A DNA stretch of 64,000 nt from Burkholderiaceae bacterium. GTDB taxonomy: Bacteria; Pseudomonadota; Gammaproteobacteria; Burkholderiales; Burkholderiaceae_B. Of this stretch, positions 48,104-58,703 are shown piece by piece. How positions within the stretch are numbered: the first letter of the stretch is position 1; each line of letters begins with the position of its first letter. The stretch is taken from positions 30,570 through 94,569 of the forward strand of contig JAOATE010000031.1 in assembly GCA_030158305.1 (NCBI GenBank), given 5' to 3'. Position numbers and translations under genes: made by a program. The notes under the pieces were generated by a model. The model was not told where the DNA came from. It saw only the letters and a program-made list of their open reading frames with translations, and did no database searches.

Positions 48104-49534
48104 TCAGAAATTGAGTGTGCGCTTGTCAACCGCCAAGGCGGCTTCTTTCATGGACTCCGACAAGGTCGGGTGTGCATGACAGATGCGGGCGATGTCTTCG
48201 GCGGCACCACGGAATTCCATGATGGTGACCGCTTCGGCGATGAGCTCGGAAGCCATCGGACCAATGATATGGACACCCAAGACTTCATCGGTCGCTGCAT
48301 CCGCCAAAATCTTGACGAAACCAGTGGTATCACCTAACGCACGTGCACGACCATTGGCCAAGAAGGGGAAGCTGCCGGCCTTGTAAGCACGACCAGAGGC
48401 CTTGAGCTGCTGCTCGGTCTGACCCACCCATGAAATCTCGGGCGAGGTATAGATGACCCAGGGAATCGTGTCAAAATTGACGTGACCATGCTGTCCGCCG
48501 ATGCGCTCGGCAACTGCAACGCCTTCTTCTTCGGCTTTGTGTGCCAGCATCGGACCGCGTACCACGTCACCAACCGCCCACACATTAGGCAAGTTCGTTT
48601 TGCAATCCGCATCCACCACAATAAAGCCGCGCTCATCGAGTTTGAGACCGACCGTATCCGCATTCAGTCCGCCGGTGTAAGGGACGCGACCGATTGAAAC
48701 AATCAGTTTATCCACCACCAGTTTCTGCTCCGCGCCAGATGCGTCCGTGTAGGGCACAGTCACTTGCTTTGCAGTCGACTTGATCTCGCCGAGCTTGACA
48801 CCCATCTGGATGTTTAAGCCCTGCTTGGTGAAGATCTTTTGTGCTTCTTTGGCCACCTGTGTGTCGACAGCCGCCAGAAACTCAGGCATGGCTTCGAGGA
48901 TAGTCACTTCGGCACCCAAACGACGCCAGACGCTACCCATTTCAAGACCAATCACGCCAGCGCCAATGACACCAAGCTTTTTGGGAACCGCAGCGATATT
49001 TAGGGCGCCATCGTTCGACAACACCTGCTGTTCGTCAAAAGGCAGACCAGGCAATTCGCGCGCCGAAGAGCCTGTGGCGATCACAACGTGTTTACCAACA
49101 ATATCGGCCTCTGTCGTGCCTGAAACCTTGATCGCCCAACCGCCATCGACTTGACCCGCAAAAGCGCCTTTACCGTGGAAGAAAGTGATCTTGTTCTTTT
49201 TGAACAGATACAGAATACCGTCGTTATTTTGTTTCACGACGCTATTTTTGCGACCGATCATTTTGTCGAGCTTGAGCGAAACACCCTTGACCTCGATACC
49301 ATGATCAACCAGATGATGATTGACTTGGTCGTAATGCTCGGAAGACTGCAACAGCGCTTTGGAGGGGATGCAACCCACGTTGGTACAAGTACCGCCTGGT
49401 GCAGGACCGCCCTGGCCATTTTGCCAGGCGTCGATACACGCGACAGTCTTGCCCAACTGGGCCGCGCGAATCGCAGCGATATACCCGCCAGGACCCGCAC
49501 CGATCACCACTACATCAAATTGATTTGAGGACAT
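48104..49534 (-). CDS. lpdA: Dihydrolipoamide dehydrogenase
   Basis: GAGPGG, CTNVGC, HPTLSE. Confidence 0.97.
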   Translation of the reverse strand: MSSNQFDVVVIGAGPGGYIAAIRAAQLGKTVACIDAWQNGQGGPAPGGTCTNVGCIPSKALLQSSEHYDQVNHHLVDHGIEVKGVSLKLDKMIGRKNSVVKQNNDGILYLFKKNKITFFHGKGAFAGQVDGGWAIKVSGTTEADIVGKHVVIATGSSARELPGLPFDEQQVLSNDGALNIAAVPKKLGVIGAGVIGLEMGSVWRRLGAEVTILEAMPEFLAAVDTQVAKEAQKIFTKQGLNIQMGVKLGEIKSTAKQVTVPYTDASGAEQKLVVDKLIVSIGRVPYTGGLNADTVGLKLDERGFIVVDADCKTNLPNVWAVGDVVRGPMLAHKAEEEGVAVAERIGGQHGHVNFDTIPWVIYTSPEISWVGQTEQQLKASGRAYKAGSFPFLANGRARALGDTTGFVKILADAATDEVLGVHIIGPMASELIAEAVTIMEFRGAAEDIARICHAHPTLSESMKEAALAVDKRTLNF

Positions 49535-49546
49535 AAATTTTCCAGC

Positions 49547-50782
49547 TTAGATTTCGAGCAGCATGCGCTGCGGATCTTCGAGCGCCTCTTTCATGGCCAC
49601 TAAGCCCAGAACAGCTTCGCGACCATCAATAATGCGGTGATCGTAAGACATCGCAAGATAGTTAATTGGGCGAATCACGATCTGACCCTTTTCAACCACG
49701 GCACGCTCTTTCGTTGCGTGCACACCCAAGATCGCGGCCTGGGGAGGATTAATAATCGGCGTCGACAGCATCGAACCAAACACACCACCGTTCGATATCG
49801 AGAAAGTACCGCCTGTCATTTCTTCGATGCCGAGCTTGCCTTCAGACGCTCGCTTACCGAAATCAGCAATTGTCTTTTCGATTTCAGCGATCGTGAGCTG
49901 GTCTGCGTTGCGCAAGATTGGCACCACCAAACCGCGTGGGCTGCCGACAGCGATACCGATATCAAAATAGCCGTGATAAATGATGTCTTTGCCATCCACC
50001 GAAGCATTCAAAATCGGGTAGCGCTTGAGGGCGGCTACGGCAGCTTTGACAAAGAAAGACATGAAACCGAGCTTGACGCCATGCTCTTTTTCGAACTTGT
50101 CTTTGTAAAGATTACGCAGGTCAATCACGCCTTGCATGTTGACTTCGTTGAACGTTGTCAGGATGGCGTTGTCCTGTTGCGATTGCAACAAACGCTCAGC
50201 CACACGTGCACGCAAACGGCTCATGGGCACACGCTGCTCAGGACGACCATCCAGCGACTGCGTCATGGGTACGGAGGGGTTTGCCAACGCAACCTTTGGA
50301 GCGGCTGGGGCGGCAGCAGGCGCTGCTGAGGCTCCCAATGCATCGCCTTTAGTGATGCGACCATCACGGCCTGTCCCTGCAACAGAAGCGGCTGAGACGC
50401 CTTTGTCAGCCAGAATTTTGGAGGCGGCTGGAGAAGCAATACCTGCTGAGGCTGCGGAAGCAGCTGGCGCAGGTGCCGAGACTGCAGCAGGCGCAGCGGC
50501 TGGAGCAGAAGCAGCGGCCGCGGGTGCTGCTGCGGCTTTGCCGTCTGTATCGATGCGAGCCAGAATTTCGCCAGAAGTGACTAAACTGCCATCGTCTTTG
50601 ACGATTTCAGCTAGGACACCGGAGGCAGGAGCTGGAACTTCGAGGACCACTTTGTCGGTTTCGACTTCGATCAGGATTTCATCAGCCTGAACTGCTTCGC
50701 CAGGTTTCTTTTTCCAAGTCAAGAGAGTCGCTTCGGACACTGATTCGGATAACTGTGGAACAACAACGTCGGTGAGAGCCAT
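49547..50782 (-). CDS. sucB: 2-oxoglutarate dehydrogenase E2
   Basis: Lipoyl ETDKV, Ala/Pro linker, DHRIIDG. Confidence 0.97.
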   Translation of the reverse strand: MALTDVVVPQLSESVSEATLLTWKKKPGEAVQADEILIEVETDKVVLEVPAPASGVLAEIVKDDGSLVTSGEILARIDTDGKAAAAPAAAASAPAAAPAAVSAPAPAASAASAGIASPAASKILADKGVSAASVAGTGRDGRITKGDALGASAAPAAAPAAPKVALANPSVPMTQSLDGRPEQRVPMSRLRARVAERLLQSQQDNAILTTFNEVNMQGVIDLRNLYKDKFEKEHGVKLGFMSFFVKAAVAALKRYPILNASVDGKDIIYHGYFDIGIAVGSPRGLVVPILRNADQLTIAEIEKTIADFGKRASEGKLGIEEMTGGTFSISNGGVFGSMLSTPIINPPQAAILGVHATKERAVVEKGQIVIRPINYLAMSYDHRIIDGREAVLGLVAMKEALEDPQRMLLEI

Positions 50783-50823
50783 TATGTTTTTTTCCGTAAT
50801 TGGATAAATGCGTTGATCTGGGT

Positions 50824-53688
50824 TTATTTAGTCAGCATGAAGGTCTTGAACTTGCCAAACGCTTGCTCGACCAGCGCTTTTTGCTGCTCAAGGTGTTTGG
50901 CCAGATAGCCAACAGCTGGCGAGGCGGAGGCCGCACGGCCTGCATAACCAAGCTTTTGACCGCTGGACATGTTCTGATACAAGTGATGCTGAACATAGAA
51001 CCAAGAGCCCTGATTCTGTGGCTCATCCTGAACCCAGACCACTTCAGTTGCTTTGGGGTATTTTCGCAATTCGGTTTCAAAGGTCTTGTGCGCAAAGGGA
51101 TACAACTGTTCGGCGCGAATGATCGCAACCGTGTTGTCTTTACGCTCGCGACGACCATTGACCAAATCGTAATAAACCTTGCCTGAACACACCAGCACAC
51201 GCTTCACCGAAGCGGGGTTGATAGACTCATCCACCTCTGCAATGATTGGACGGAAGCGGCCCGTTGCCAGATCAGACAAAGGTGAACCCGCATCTTTGTT
51301 ACGCAGCAAGGACTTGGGCGTCAAAATGACTAAAGGCTTACGGAACTGGCGAATCATCTGACGACGCAACAGATGGAAAATCTGTGCAGCGGTCGTAGGC
51401 TGAACCACCTGGATATTGTTATCTGCGCAAAGCTGCAAGAAACGCTCAATCCGCGCGGATGAGTGCTCTGGGCCCTGACCTTCGTAACCGTGAGGCAACA
51501 TCATAGTCAAACCGGACTGACGACCCCATTTGGCCTCGCCGGAGACGATGAACTGGTCAATCACAACTTGCGCACCGTTGACGAAGTCACCGAACTGGGC
51601 TTCCCAGATGGTGAGGGTCTTGGGATCTGCGCAAGAGTAGCCGTATTCAAAACCTAAAACGGCTTCTTCGGACAGCACAGAGTCGATCACCGTAAAGGGC
51701 GCCTGACCTTCTACGACATGCTGGAGAGGGATATAAGTGCCATCGTCCCAACGCTCACGGTTTTGATCATGCAAGACGGCATGACGGTGAGTAAACGTGC
51801 CACGGCCAGAGTCTTGACCCGTGATGCGAACGGCATAACCTGAAGCAACCAGTGTTGCAAAAGCCAGATGCTCGCCCATGCCCCAATCGAGATTCATCTC
51901 ACCACGCGCCATCGTGCGACGATCGTTCAGCAACTTGGTCACGAGCGAGTGAGGTGCAAAGCCCTCAGGCACCACGGTGAGTTTTTCACCGATTCGCTTG
52001 AGCTCAGAGATCGGCACAGCCGTATCGGCCTGATCCGTCCACTTGGCATTGAGGTAAGACGTCCAGTCAATCGCATACTTGCTCTTGTAGTCCGTCAAGA
52101 CGGGCTCGATCGTACGGCGACCATCTTCCATGTATTGACGATAGTCTTTGACGAGCTGGTCTCCGTCACCGTCTTTCAAAACACCCTGCGCCGTCAACTT
52201 GTCTGCATAGAGCTTGCGTGTGCCAGGATGCGCGCCAATCGTCTTGTACATCAAAGGCTGCGTCAAGGATGGTGTGTCTTGTTCGTTGTGACCGAGTTTG
52301 CGGAAGCAAACAATATCCACCACGACATCTTTACCAAACTGCATGCGGAAATCCAGCGCCATGCGGGTTGCAAAGACAACTGCCTCAGGGTCGTCGCCGT
52401 TCACATGAAACACGGGGGCTTCGATCATTTTGGAGACATCGGTACAGTAGATCGTCGAACGTGTGTCGCGTGGATCAGAGGTCGTGAAACCGATCTGGTT
52501 GTTGATGACCAGATGCAAAGTGCCGCCTGTGCCGTAACCGCGCGTTTCAGCGAGGTTGAGTGTTTCCATGACAACGCCCTGGCCTGCAAAAGCAGCATCG
52601 CCGTGAACGAGTACAGGCAAGACCTGTTTGTAACCGTCAGCACCGCGACGCTCTTGGCGTGCGCGCACGCTGCCTTCGACGACAGGATTGACGATCTCAA
52701 GGTGCGAGGGATTAAAGGCCAATGACAAATGCACTGGACCACCACGTGTGGACAAATCGCTCGAGAATCCGTTGTGATATTTCACATCACCATCGGTCAA
52801 GCCTTCGGCATGATGACCTTCGAACTCTGCGAACAAATCACCAGGCATCTTGCCCATGATATTGACAAGCATATTGAGACGGCCACGGTGAGCCATACCC
52901 ACCACGATTTCTTGGACGCCTGACTCACCCGCGTGGTTGACCACCTCGTCCATTGACGCGATGAAACTATCACCACCTTCGAGGGAGAAACGCTTTTGAC
53001 CTACGTATTTTGTGTGCAGAAAGCGCTCAAGACCTTCGGCCTCGGTTAACTGCTGCAAAATGTGGCGCTTGCGATCGGCCGCAAAAGTGGGGGCGCTGAG
53101 CGTGGACTCGAGGCGCTCCTGCACCCAGCGCTTGACGGCTGGATCTGACGCGTGCATGAACTCGACGCCGATCGAACGGCAGTACGTATCACGCAAGGCT
53201 TTCAGAATCTCGCGCAACGTCATCGTTGTCGCTTTGGTGAAATAGGTATTGGTCGCTGAAAAAACCTGATCCAGATCAGCTTCGGTCAGACCATAAAACG
53301 CAGGGTCGAGCTCAGGAATGGGGGGGCGATCCTGTCGCTTGAGTGGATCGAGCTCCGCCCAACGCGAACCGAGAGTGCGATAAGCAGCAATCAATGACTG
53401 GACGTGCACTTGTTTCATCGCGACCGCAAGATCGGGCTCCTGGCCACGCTGGACAAAAGCATTGGCTTTAGCGCGTTGCGCAAAGGATTCGATGATGGGT
53501 GCGTGGGCCTGGTCGCGCGTGGCTTCTTGACCATCTGTTGCGGGCATATGCTGCAACTGGTCAAAGTAATTACGCCAATTATCTGGGACCGAACCTGGAT
53601 TATCCAGATAGGCTTCGTAGAGTTCTTCTACGTAGGGCGCATTGCCCCCAAAGAGATAAGAGTTCTGTAAAGAATCAAGAAATGACAT
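50824..53688 (-). CDS. sucA: 2-oxoglutarate dehydrogenase E1
   Basis: KRFSLEGG, GMAHRGRLN, HGDAAFAGQG, WEAQFGDF, PHGYEGQGPEHSS. Confidence 0.97.
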   Translation of the reverse strand: MSFLDSLQNSYLFGGNAPYVEELYEAYLDNPGSVPDNWRNYFDQLQHMPATDGQEATRDQAHAPIIESFAQRAKANAFVQRGQEPDLAVAMKQVHVQSLIAAYRTLGSRWAELDPLKRQDRPPIPELDPAFYGLTEADLDQVFSATNTYFTKATTMTLREILKALRDTYCRSIGVEFMHASDPAVKRWVQERLESTLSAPTFAADRKRHILQQLTEAEGLERFLHTKYVGQKRFSLEGGDSFIASMDEVVNHAGESGVQEIVVGMAHRGRLNMLVNIMGKMPGDLFAEFEGHHAEGLTDGDVKYHNGFSSDLSTRGGPVHLSLAFNPSHLEIVNPVVEGSVRARQERRGADGYKQVLPVLVHGDAAFAGQGVVMETLNLAETRGYGTGGTLHLVINNQIGFTTSDPRDTRSTIYCTDVSKMIEAPVFHVNGDDPEAVVFATRMALDFRMQFGKDVVVDIVCFRKLGHNEQDTPSLTQPLMYKTIGAHPGTRKLYADKLTAQGVLKDGDGDQLVKDYRQYMEDGRRTIEPVLTDYKSKYAIDWTSYLNAKWTDQADTAVPISELKRIGEKLTVVPEGFAPHSLVTKLLNDRRTMARGEMNLDWGMGEHLAFATLVASGYAVRITGQDSGRGTFTHRHAVLHDQNRERWDDGTYIPLQHVVEGQAPFTVIDSVLSEEAVLGFEYGYSCADPKTLTIWEAQFGDFVNGAQVVIDQFIVSGEAKWGRQSGLTMMLPHGYEGQGPEHSSARIERFLQLCADNNIQVVQPTTAAQIFHLLRRQMIRQFRKPLVILTPKSLLRNKDAGSPLSDLATGRFRPIIAEVDESINPASVKRVLVCSGKVYYDLVNGRRERKDNTVAIIRAEQLYPFAHKTFETELRKYPKATEVVWVQDEPQNQGSWFYVQHHLYQNMSSGQKLGYAGRAASASPAVGYLAKHLEQQKALVEQAFGKFKTFMLTK

Positions 53689-53691
53689 TTT

Positions 53692-53780
53692 AGCGCTTCA
53701 CCTATTCGGATGTTTCACCCGTTACGATGCAGGAATACCTTCCGTTTTCTCGGCCAAACCGATTTGCGGATAGCGGGGCA
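53692..53780 (-). ncRNA. sucA RNA motif (Burkholderiales cis-regulatory 5'-UTR element)
   Basis: The minus strand reads CCCCGCUAUCCGCAAAUCGGUUUGGCCGAGAAAACGGAAGGUAUUCCUGCAUCGUAACGGGUGAAACAUCCGAAUAGGUGAAGCGC directly before the sucA ATG. UCCGCAAAUCGG and AAACAUCCG match my recollection of this motif; no covariance model was run. Confidence 0.65.
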
Positions 53781-53954
53781 GAAGGCGGTTATTTAATAGC
53801 CTTAAGAGCCGGCACATAAGTATAACCCCAAGCTTTTAATTGTTTTGGCTGATGTTGCGCCGCAAAATCGAAAAAGTTGTGAATTTGATGCTGAAGCCTG
53901 CGCATGCCTGTAAGCTTGGCGTCACCTTTTTCACCTTTCGCATTGATGAGATCC

Positions 53955-56240
53955 ATGGACGAGAACCTTGCCAAGTTGGCCCTTGATTACCACGCCTACC
54001 CGACTCCCGGAAAAATTTCGGTCACACCGACCAAACCGCTCGCGAATCAGGACGACTTATCCCTAGCTTATTCTCCTGGTGTCGCAGCAGCCTGCATGGC
54101 GATTCATGCCCAGGGTGATGAGGCGGCCGCAAAATACACCTCACGCTCAAATTTGGTCGCCGTTATTACGAATGGCACTGCAGTACTGGGGCTTGGCAAT
54201 ATCGGCCCCTTGGCGGCAAAACCTGTCATGGAAGGTAAAGGCTGCCTGTTCAAGAAGTTTGCCGGGATCGATGTGTTTGACATCGAACTTGCAGAGACCG
54301 ATCCAGACAAGCTCGTGGACATCATCGCTGCCCTCGAGCCCACCCTTGGCGGCATTAACCTCGAAGACATCAAAGCGCCAGAGTGCTTTTATATCGAGAA
54401 AAAGCTGCGTGAACGCATGAAGATCCCCGTCTTTCATGATGACCAGCACGGAACAGCCATCATCTCCTCCGCTGCGATCATGAATGGCCTGAAGGTCGTG
54501 GGTAAAAAAATGGAGCAGGTCAAGCTTGTCGTGTCTGGCGCTGGTGCGGCATCGATTGCTTGTTTGGACTTGCTTGTCCACCTCGGCATCAAAAAAGAAC
54601 ATATTTTTGTTTGTGACTCGCGCGGCGTCATCTATGAAGGTCGCGACGCGCAGATGGAAGAAAACAAAAAACGCTATGCGCAAAAGACTGAGCTTCGCAC
54701 CCTTGCGGAGGCAATGGTTGGCGCGGACGTCTTCTTGGGCTGCTCAGCCCCCGGAGTCGTCAACGGAGAAATGGTGAAAAGCATGGGCACAAAGCCCCTG
54801 ATTTTGGCCTTGGCGAATCCTGAGCCTGAAATCCGCCCCGAAATCGCGAAAGCGGCACGTCCAGATTGCATCATCGCGACTGGACGCTCTGACTATCCGA
54901 ACCAAGTCAACAACGTTCTCTGCTTTCCGTTTATTTTCCGCGGAGCCTTGGATGCAGGCGCCAGCAGTATTACAGAAGCCATGAAACTTGCTTGCGTCAA
55001 GGCAATTGCCGAGCTCGCAGAGGCCGAGCAAACTGATGAGGTCGCGCAAGCCTACGCCGGCCAAGACCTGACCTTTGGACCGGATTACATCATTCCCAAG
55101 CCTTTCGATCCGCGCCTCATTGTCCAAATCGCACCCGCAGTGGCGCAAGCCGCAGCCGAGTCCGGTGTCGCGCGCCGCCCCATCCAAGACATGGAGGCCT
55201 ACAAAGCGAAACTCCAGGCCATGGTTTACCACTCTGGCCAGCTGATGAGCCCATTGTTCACTCAAGCCAAACGCGCGCCCAAGCGAGTGATTTACGCGGA
55301 TGGAGAAGACGAGCGTGTCTTGCGCGCAGCCCAAACAGTATCTGACGAAAAGATCGCCTTCCCGATATTGATTGGTCGTCCATCAGTGATCAATATGCGC
55401 ATCCAGAAAATGGGCTTGCGTCTGGAGGCTGGTAAAAACATTGAAATTGTGGATCCCGAGGATGACGCCCGCTTTAACGAGTCATGGCAAGAGTATTACC
55501 GCATCAAGGGTCGCGAAGGTGTGACACCCACTGTCGCCAAGGCGATGGTGCGCAAGCACAACACACTCATTGCCGTCCTGCTCCTCAAGCGCGGCGATGC
55601 CGATGCAGTGCTCTGCGGCATCGGGAGCCGTTTCGATAATCAACTCAAATATGTTGAAGATGTGATCGGCCTGCAAAAAGGTGCCTCTACCTTTGCCGCA
55701 ATGAATGTGCTGATGCTTTCCGATCAGACGCTATTTATTTGCGACACGCACGTGAACGAAGATCCCTCAGCGGAACAAGTTGCGGACATGACCGTTCAGG
55801 CCGCACACAAAATGCGAAATTTTGGCATCGTTCCAAAAATCGCCCTACTCTCACACTCCAATTTTGGTAGTCGCCCGACTGCCTCGTCACGCAAAATGGC
55901 ACAGGCTCGTCAACTCATCAGCGAGCGGGCACCTTCACTTGAGGTAGATGGTGAGATGCATGCGGATTCGGCACTTTCTGAGTCGATCAGAACAGCAAAC
56001 TACCCAGACAGCACGTTGAAAGGCAGCGCTAATCTGCTGATCACGCCTAACTTGGATACAGGGAACGTCACGTACAACCTGTTGAAAATGACAGGCAGTA
56101 ACGGCATCGCAATGGGTCCAGTTTTGCTGGGTGCTGCACGCCCAGTTCATATTTTGACTAATAGCGCCACGGTGCGTCGAGTGATCAACATGACTGCTTT
56201 GGCTGTGATTGATGCGCAGATGGAAGCCGAGCATCGTTAA
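53955..56240 (+). CDS. maeB: NADP-dependent malic enzyme with a phosphotransacetylase-like domain
   Basis: [36 protein letters not shown]; PTA domain DGEMHAD. Confidence 0.96.
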   Translation: MDENLAKLALDYHAYPTPGKISVTPTKPLANQDDLSLAYSPGVAAACMAIHAQGDEAAAKYTSRSNLVAVITNGTAVLGLGNIGPLAAKPVMEGKGCLFKKFAGIDVFDIELAETDPDKLVDIIAALEPTLGGINLEDIKAPECFYIEKKLRERMKIPVFHDDQHGTAIISSAAIMNGLKVVGKKMEQVKLVVSGAGAASIACLDLLVHLGIKKEHIFVCDSRGVIYEGRDAQMEENKKRYAQKTELRTLAEAMVGADVFLGCSAPGVVNGEMVKSMGTKPLILALANPEPEIRPEIAKAARPDCIIATGRSDYPNQVNNVLCFPFIFRGALDAGASSITEAMKLACVKAIAELAEAEQTDEVAQAYAGQDLTFGPDYIIPKPFDPRLIVQIAPAVAQAAAESGVARRPIQDMEAYKAKLQAMVYHSGQLMSPLFTQAKRAPKRVIYADGEDERVLRAAQTVSDEKIAFPILIGRPSVINMRIQKMGLRLEAGKNIEIVDPEDDARFNESWQEYYRIKGREGVTPTVAKAMVRKHNTLIAVLLLKRGDADAVLCGIGSRFDNQLKYVEDVIGLQKGASTFAAMNVLMLSDQTLFICDTHVNEDPSAEQVADMTVQAAHKMRNFGIVPKIALLSHSNFGSRPTASSRKMAQARQLISERAPSLEVDGEMHADSALSESIRTANYPDSTLKGSANLLITPNLDTGNVTYNLLKMTGSNGIAMGPVLLGAARPVHILTNSATVRRVINMTALAVIDAQMEAEHR

Positions 56241-56291
56241 CGGCTATGCAGTCATCAATTGAGGGTCGCTCACGAGGCGACATCTCAAAAT

Positions 56292-56321
56292 AAAAAAACG
56301 CCTGAATATTCAGGCGTTTTT
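56292..56321. terminator. Bidirectional rho-independent terminator (maeB/gltA)
   Basis: AAAAAAACGCCTGAA-TA-TTCAGGCGTTTTT. Confidence 0.85.
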
Positions 56322-56341
56322 CATTTGTAGCGAACTGGGAA

Positions 56342-57646
56342 TTACTTACGCTTGGGAACCGAGCGTGATACAGAACCCTGATACAACTGGCGTGGACGGC
56401 CAATTTTGTACTCTGGATCAGAAATCATTTCATTCCACTGCGCAATCCAACCAACCGTTCGAGCTAAAGCGAAAATCGCAGTAAACAATGCAGTTGGCAC
56501 ACCAATCGCACGCTGAACAATACCGGAGTAGAAATCAACGTTCGGATAAAGTTTACGCTCAACGAAGTAAGGATCCTCAAGCGCAATACGCTCGACTTCC
56601 ATCGCGAGTTTGAACAGCGGATCATTTTCCAGACCAAGCGCCGCCAATACTTCCTTGCACGTTTGCTGCATAAGCTTGGCGCGAGGATCGTAGTTTTTGT
56701 AAACCCGGTGACCAAAACCCATCAGACGTACGCCAGAGTTTTTGTCTTTGACCTGCTCCATGAACTCGCCCACCTTGGACATTCCGCCTTTGGCCTGCAA
56801 GTCTTCGAGCATCTGCAAACATGCTTCGTTGGCACCACCGTGAGCGGGGCCCCATAAGCAAGCAACACCTGCAGCGATCGCGGCAAAAGGATTGGTGCCT
56901 GACGAGCCACACAAACGCACTGTTGAAGTCGAAGCATTTTGCTCGTGGTCAGCATGCAAAATAAAGATGCGATCGAGTGCGCGTTCGACAACAGGATTAA
57001 CCACATACTCTTCGCAAGGCGTTGCGAACATCATGCGCAAGAAGTTGCCTGTGTAAGAGAGATTGTTTTGTGGGTAAATGTAGGGCTGACCTTGGGAGTA
57101 CTTGTATGCCATCGCAACAAGCGTTGGCATCTTGGCGATCAAACGAATCGCTGAAACATGGCGATGATGCGGATTGGTGATGTCTGTCGAATCATGATAG
57201 AACGCAGACAACGCACCGACTAAACCTGTCAATACAGCCATTGGATGCGCGTCACGACGGAAACCACGCAAGAAAAAGTGCATTTGTTCGTTAACCATTG
57301 TGTGCTTAGACACAAGGGTATCAAAATCAGTTTTTTGCTTGGGATCAGGCAGCTCACCATTGAGGATCAGATAGCTGATGTCCATAAAGTCACAATTGAC
57401 TGCGAGCTCTTCGATGGGGTAGCCACGATAGAGCAACTCACCCTTATCACCATCAATGTAAGTGATATTGGATGTGCATGAAGCTGTCGACAAAAAACCT
57501 GGGTCGTAAGTAAACAGACCAGTCTGTCCATAAAGCTTACGAATGTCGATCACCTGTGGACCAACGCTGCCGTCGTACATTGGAAAATCAACCGAAGGGC
57601 TACCGTCTGAAAACGATAACGTGGCTTTTTTGTCGGACAGGTTCAT
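56342..57646 (-). CDS. gltA: Citrate synthase (type II)
   Basis: [35 protein letters not shown]. Confidence 0.97.
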   Translation of the reverse strand: MNLSDKKATLSFSDGSPSVDFPMYDGSVGPQVIDIRKLYGQTGLFTYDPGFLSTASCTSNITYIDGDKGELLYRGYPIEELAVNCDFMDISYLILNGELPDPKQKTDFDTLVSKHTMVNEQMHFFLRGFRRDAHPMAVLTGLVGALSAFYHDSTDITNPHHRHVSAIRLIAKMPTLVAMAYKYSQGQPYIYPQNNLSYTGNFLRMMFATPCEEYVVNPVVERALDRIFILHADHEQNASTSTVRLCGSSGTNPFAAIAAGVACLWGPAHGGANEACLQMLEDLQAKGGMSKVGEFMEQVKDKNSGVRLMGFGHRVYKNYDPRAKLMQQTCKEVLAALGLENDPLFKLAMEVERIALEDPYFVERKLYPNVDFYSGIVQRAIGVPTALFTAIFALARTVGWIAQWNEMISDPEYKIGRPRQLYQGSVSRSVPKRK

Positions 57647-57691
57647 ACGTAATTCCTTCGTTTATATTTGGTTAGCAAGGCAAAATGCTGT

Positions 57692-57952
57692 CTATGCCGC
57701 GCGTATCTGCGCAAGCACCATCTTGACTGCGGGTCGGTCAAGCGCCCCCTCGGGCTCAACACGACCTAATAATAAGTCTAACAGCTCGTTGTCTGAGAGT
57801 TCAAACAGCTGGGTCAGCGCGCCAACTTCGACGTCTGTCAGCTCTGCTTGATAAGCATCGAGATAACGCGTGAGAATCAGATCATTTTCGAGCAGACCCC
57901 GTCTGGCACGCCAACGTAACCTTATTCGATCCTGATCTGATAATGTTCCCAT
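57692..57952 (-). CDS. sdhE: Succinate dehydrogenase assembly factor
   Basis: RWRARRGLLENDL (RGxxE); Burkholderiales position between sdhB and gltA. Confidence 0.92.
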   Translation of the reverse strand: MGTLSDQDRIRLRWRARRGLLENDLILTRYLDAYQAELTDVEVGALTQLFELSDNELLDLLLGRVEPEGALDRPAVKMVLAQIRAA

Positions 57953-57964
57953 GAGTTCTCTATG

Positions 57965-58681
57965 CTAGACCGTACGACGCACAAGCATTTCTTTGATCTT
58001 ACCAATCGCGCGCGTTGGATTCAGACCCTTTGGACACACGTCCACACAATTCATAATGGTGTGGCAGCGGAACAAGCGGTATGGATCCTCGAGATTATCG
58101 AGGCGCTCAGCCGTTTCATGGTCACGAGTGTCCGCGATGAAACGATAAGCTTGCAACAAGCCAGCGGGACCGACAAACTTGTCAGGATTCCACCAGAACG
58201 ATGGGCAGGAAGTCGAACAACAGGCACACAAAATACACTCATACAGACCGTCAAGCTCTTCACGCGCCTCAGGCGTCTGTAGACGCTCCTTTTCAGGTGG
58301 TGGCGTGTCGTTGATCAAATATGGGCGAATCGAGTGATATTGATTAAAGAAGTGCGTCATGTCGACGATCAGATCGCGAATCACAGGCAAGCCTGGGAGT
58401 GGACGCAACACGACAGGCTCTTTAAGCTCGAGCATGTTGGTTGTGCAAGCCAGTCCGTTTTTGCCATTGATGTTCATCGCATCCGAACCGCAAACGCCTT
58501 CACGGCATGAGCGGCGCAGCGCCAAACTGTCATCAACGTCCATCTTGATGCGAATCAACGCATCCAGCAACATCTTGTCAGTAGGCTGCAACTCAACTTC
58601 GAGTTTCTGCATGTATGGACGCTCATCCTTGTCAGGATCGTAGCGGTAAATTTCAAACTTCACGATGCGTTTTTTGCTCAT
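57965..58681 (-). CDS. sdhB: Succinate dehydrogenase iron-sulfur subunit
   Basis: SCREGVCGSD, CILCACC, CHTIMNCVDVCP. Confidence 0.97.
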   Translation of the reverse strand: MSKKRIVKFEIYRYDPDKDERPYMQKLEVELQPTDKMLLDALIRIKMDVDDSLALRRSCREGVCGSDAMNINGKNGLACTTNMLELKEPVVLRPLPGLPVIRDLIVDMTHFFNQYHSIRPYLINDTPPPEKERLQTPEAREELDGLYECILCACCSTSCPSFWWNPDKFVGPAGLLQAYRFIADTRDHETAERLDNLEDPYRLFRCHTIMNCVDVCPKGLNPTRAIGKIKEMLVRRTV

Positions 58682-58703
58682 GATTTATTCCAGGTATCCT
58701 GAC

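Noticed and set aside
50440-50540. Repetitive GCA/GCG-rich tract
   Set aside because: It encodes the ordinary Ala/Pro linker of the SucB E2 subunit.
51868-52725. 285-aa plus-strand ORF; similar cases at 44165-44884, 38971-39648, 49637-50329 and 54744-55334
   Set aside because: Antisense shadows of well-conserved genes (sucA, tex, rluD, sucB, maeB), with no recognisable motifs or RBS.
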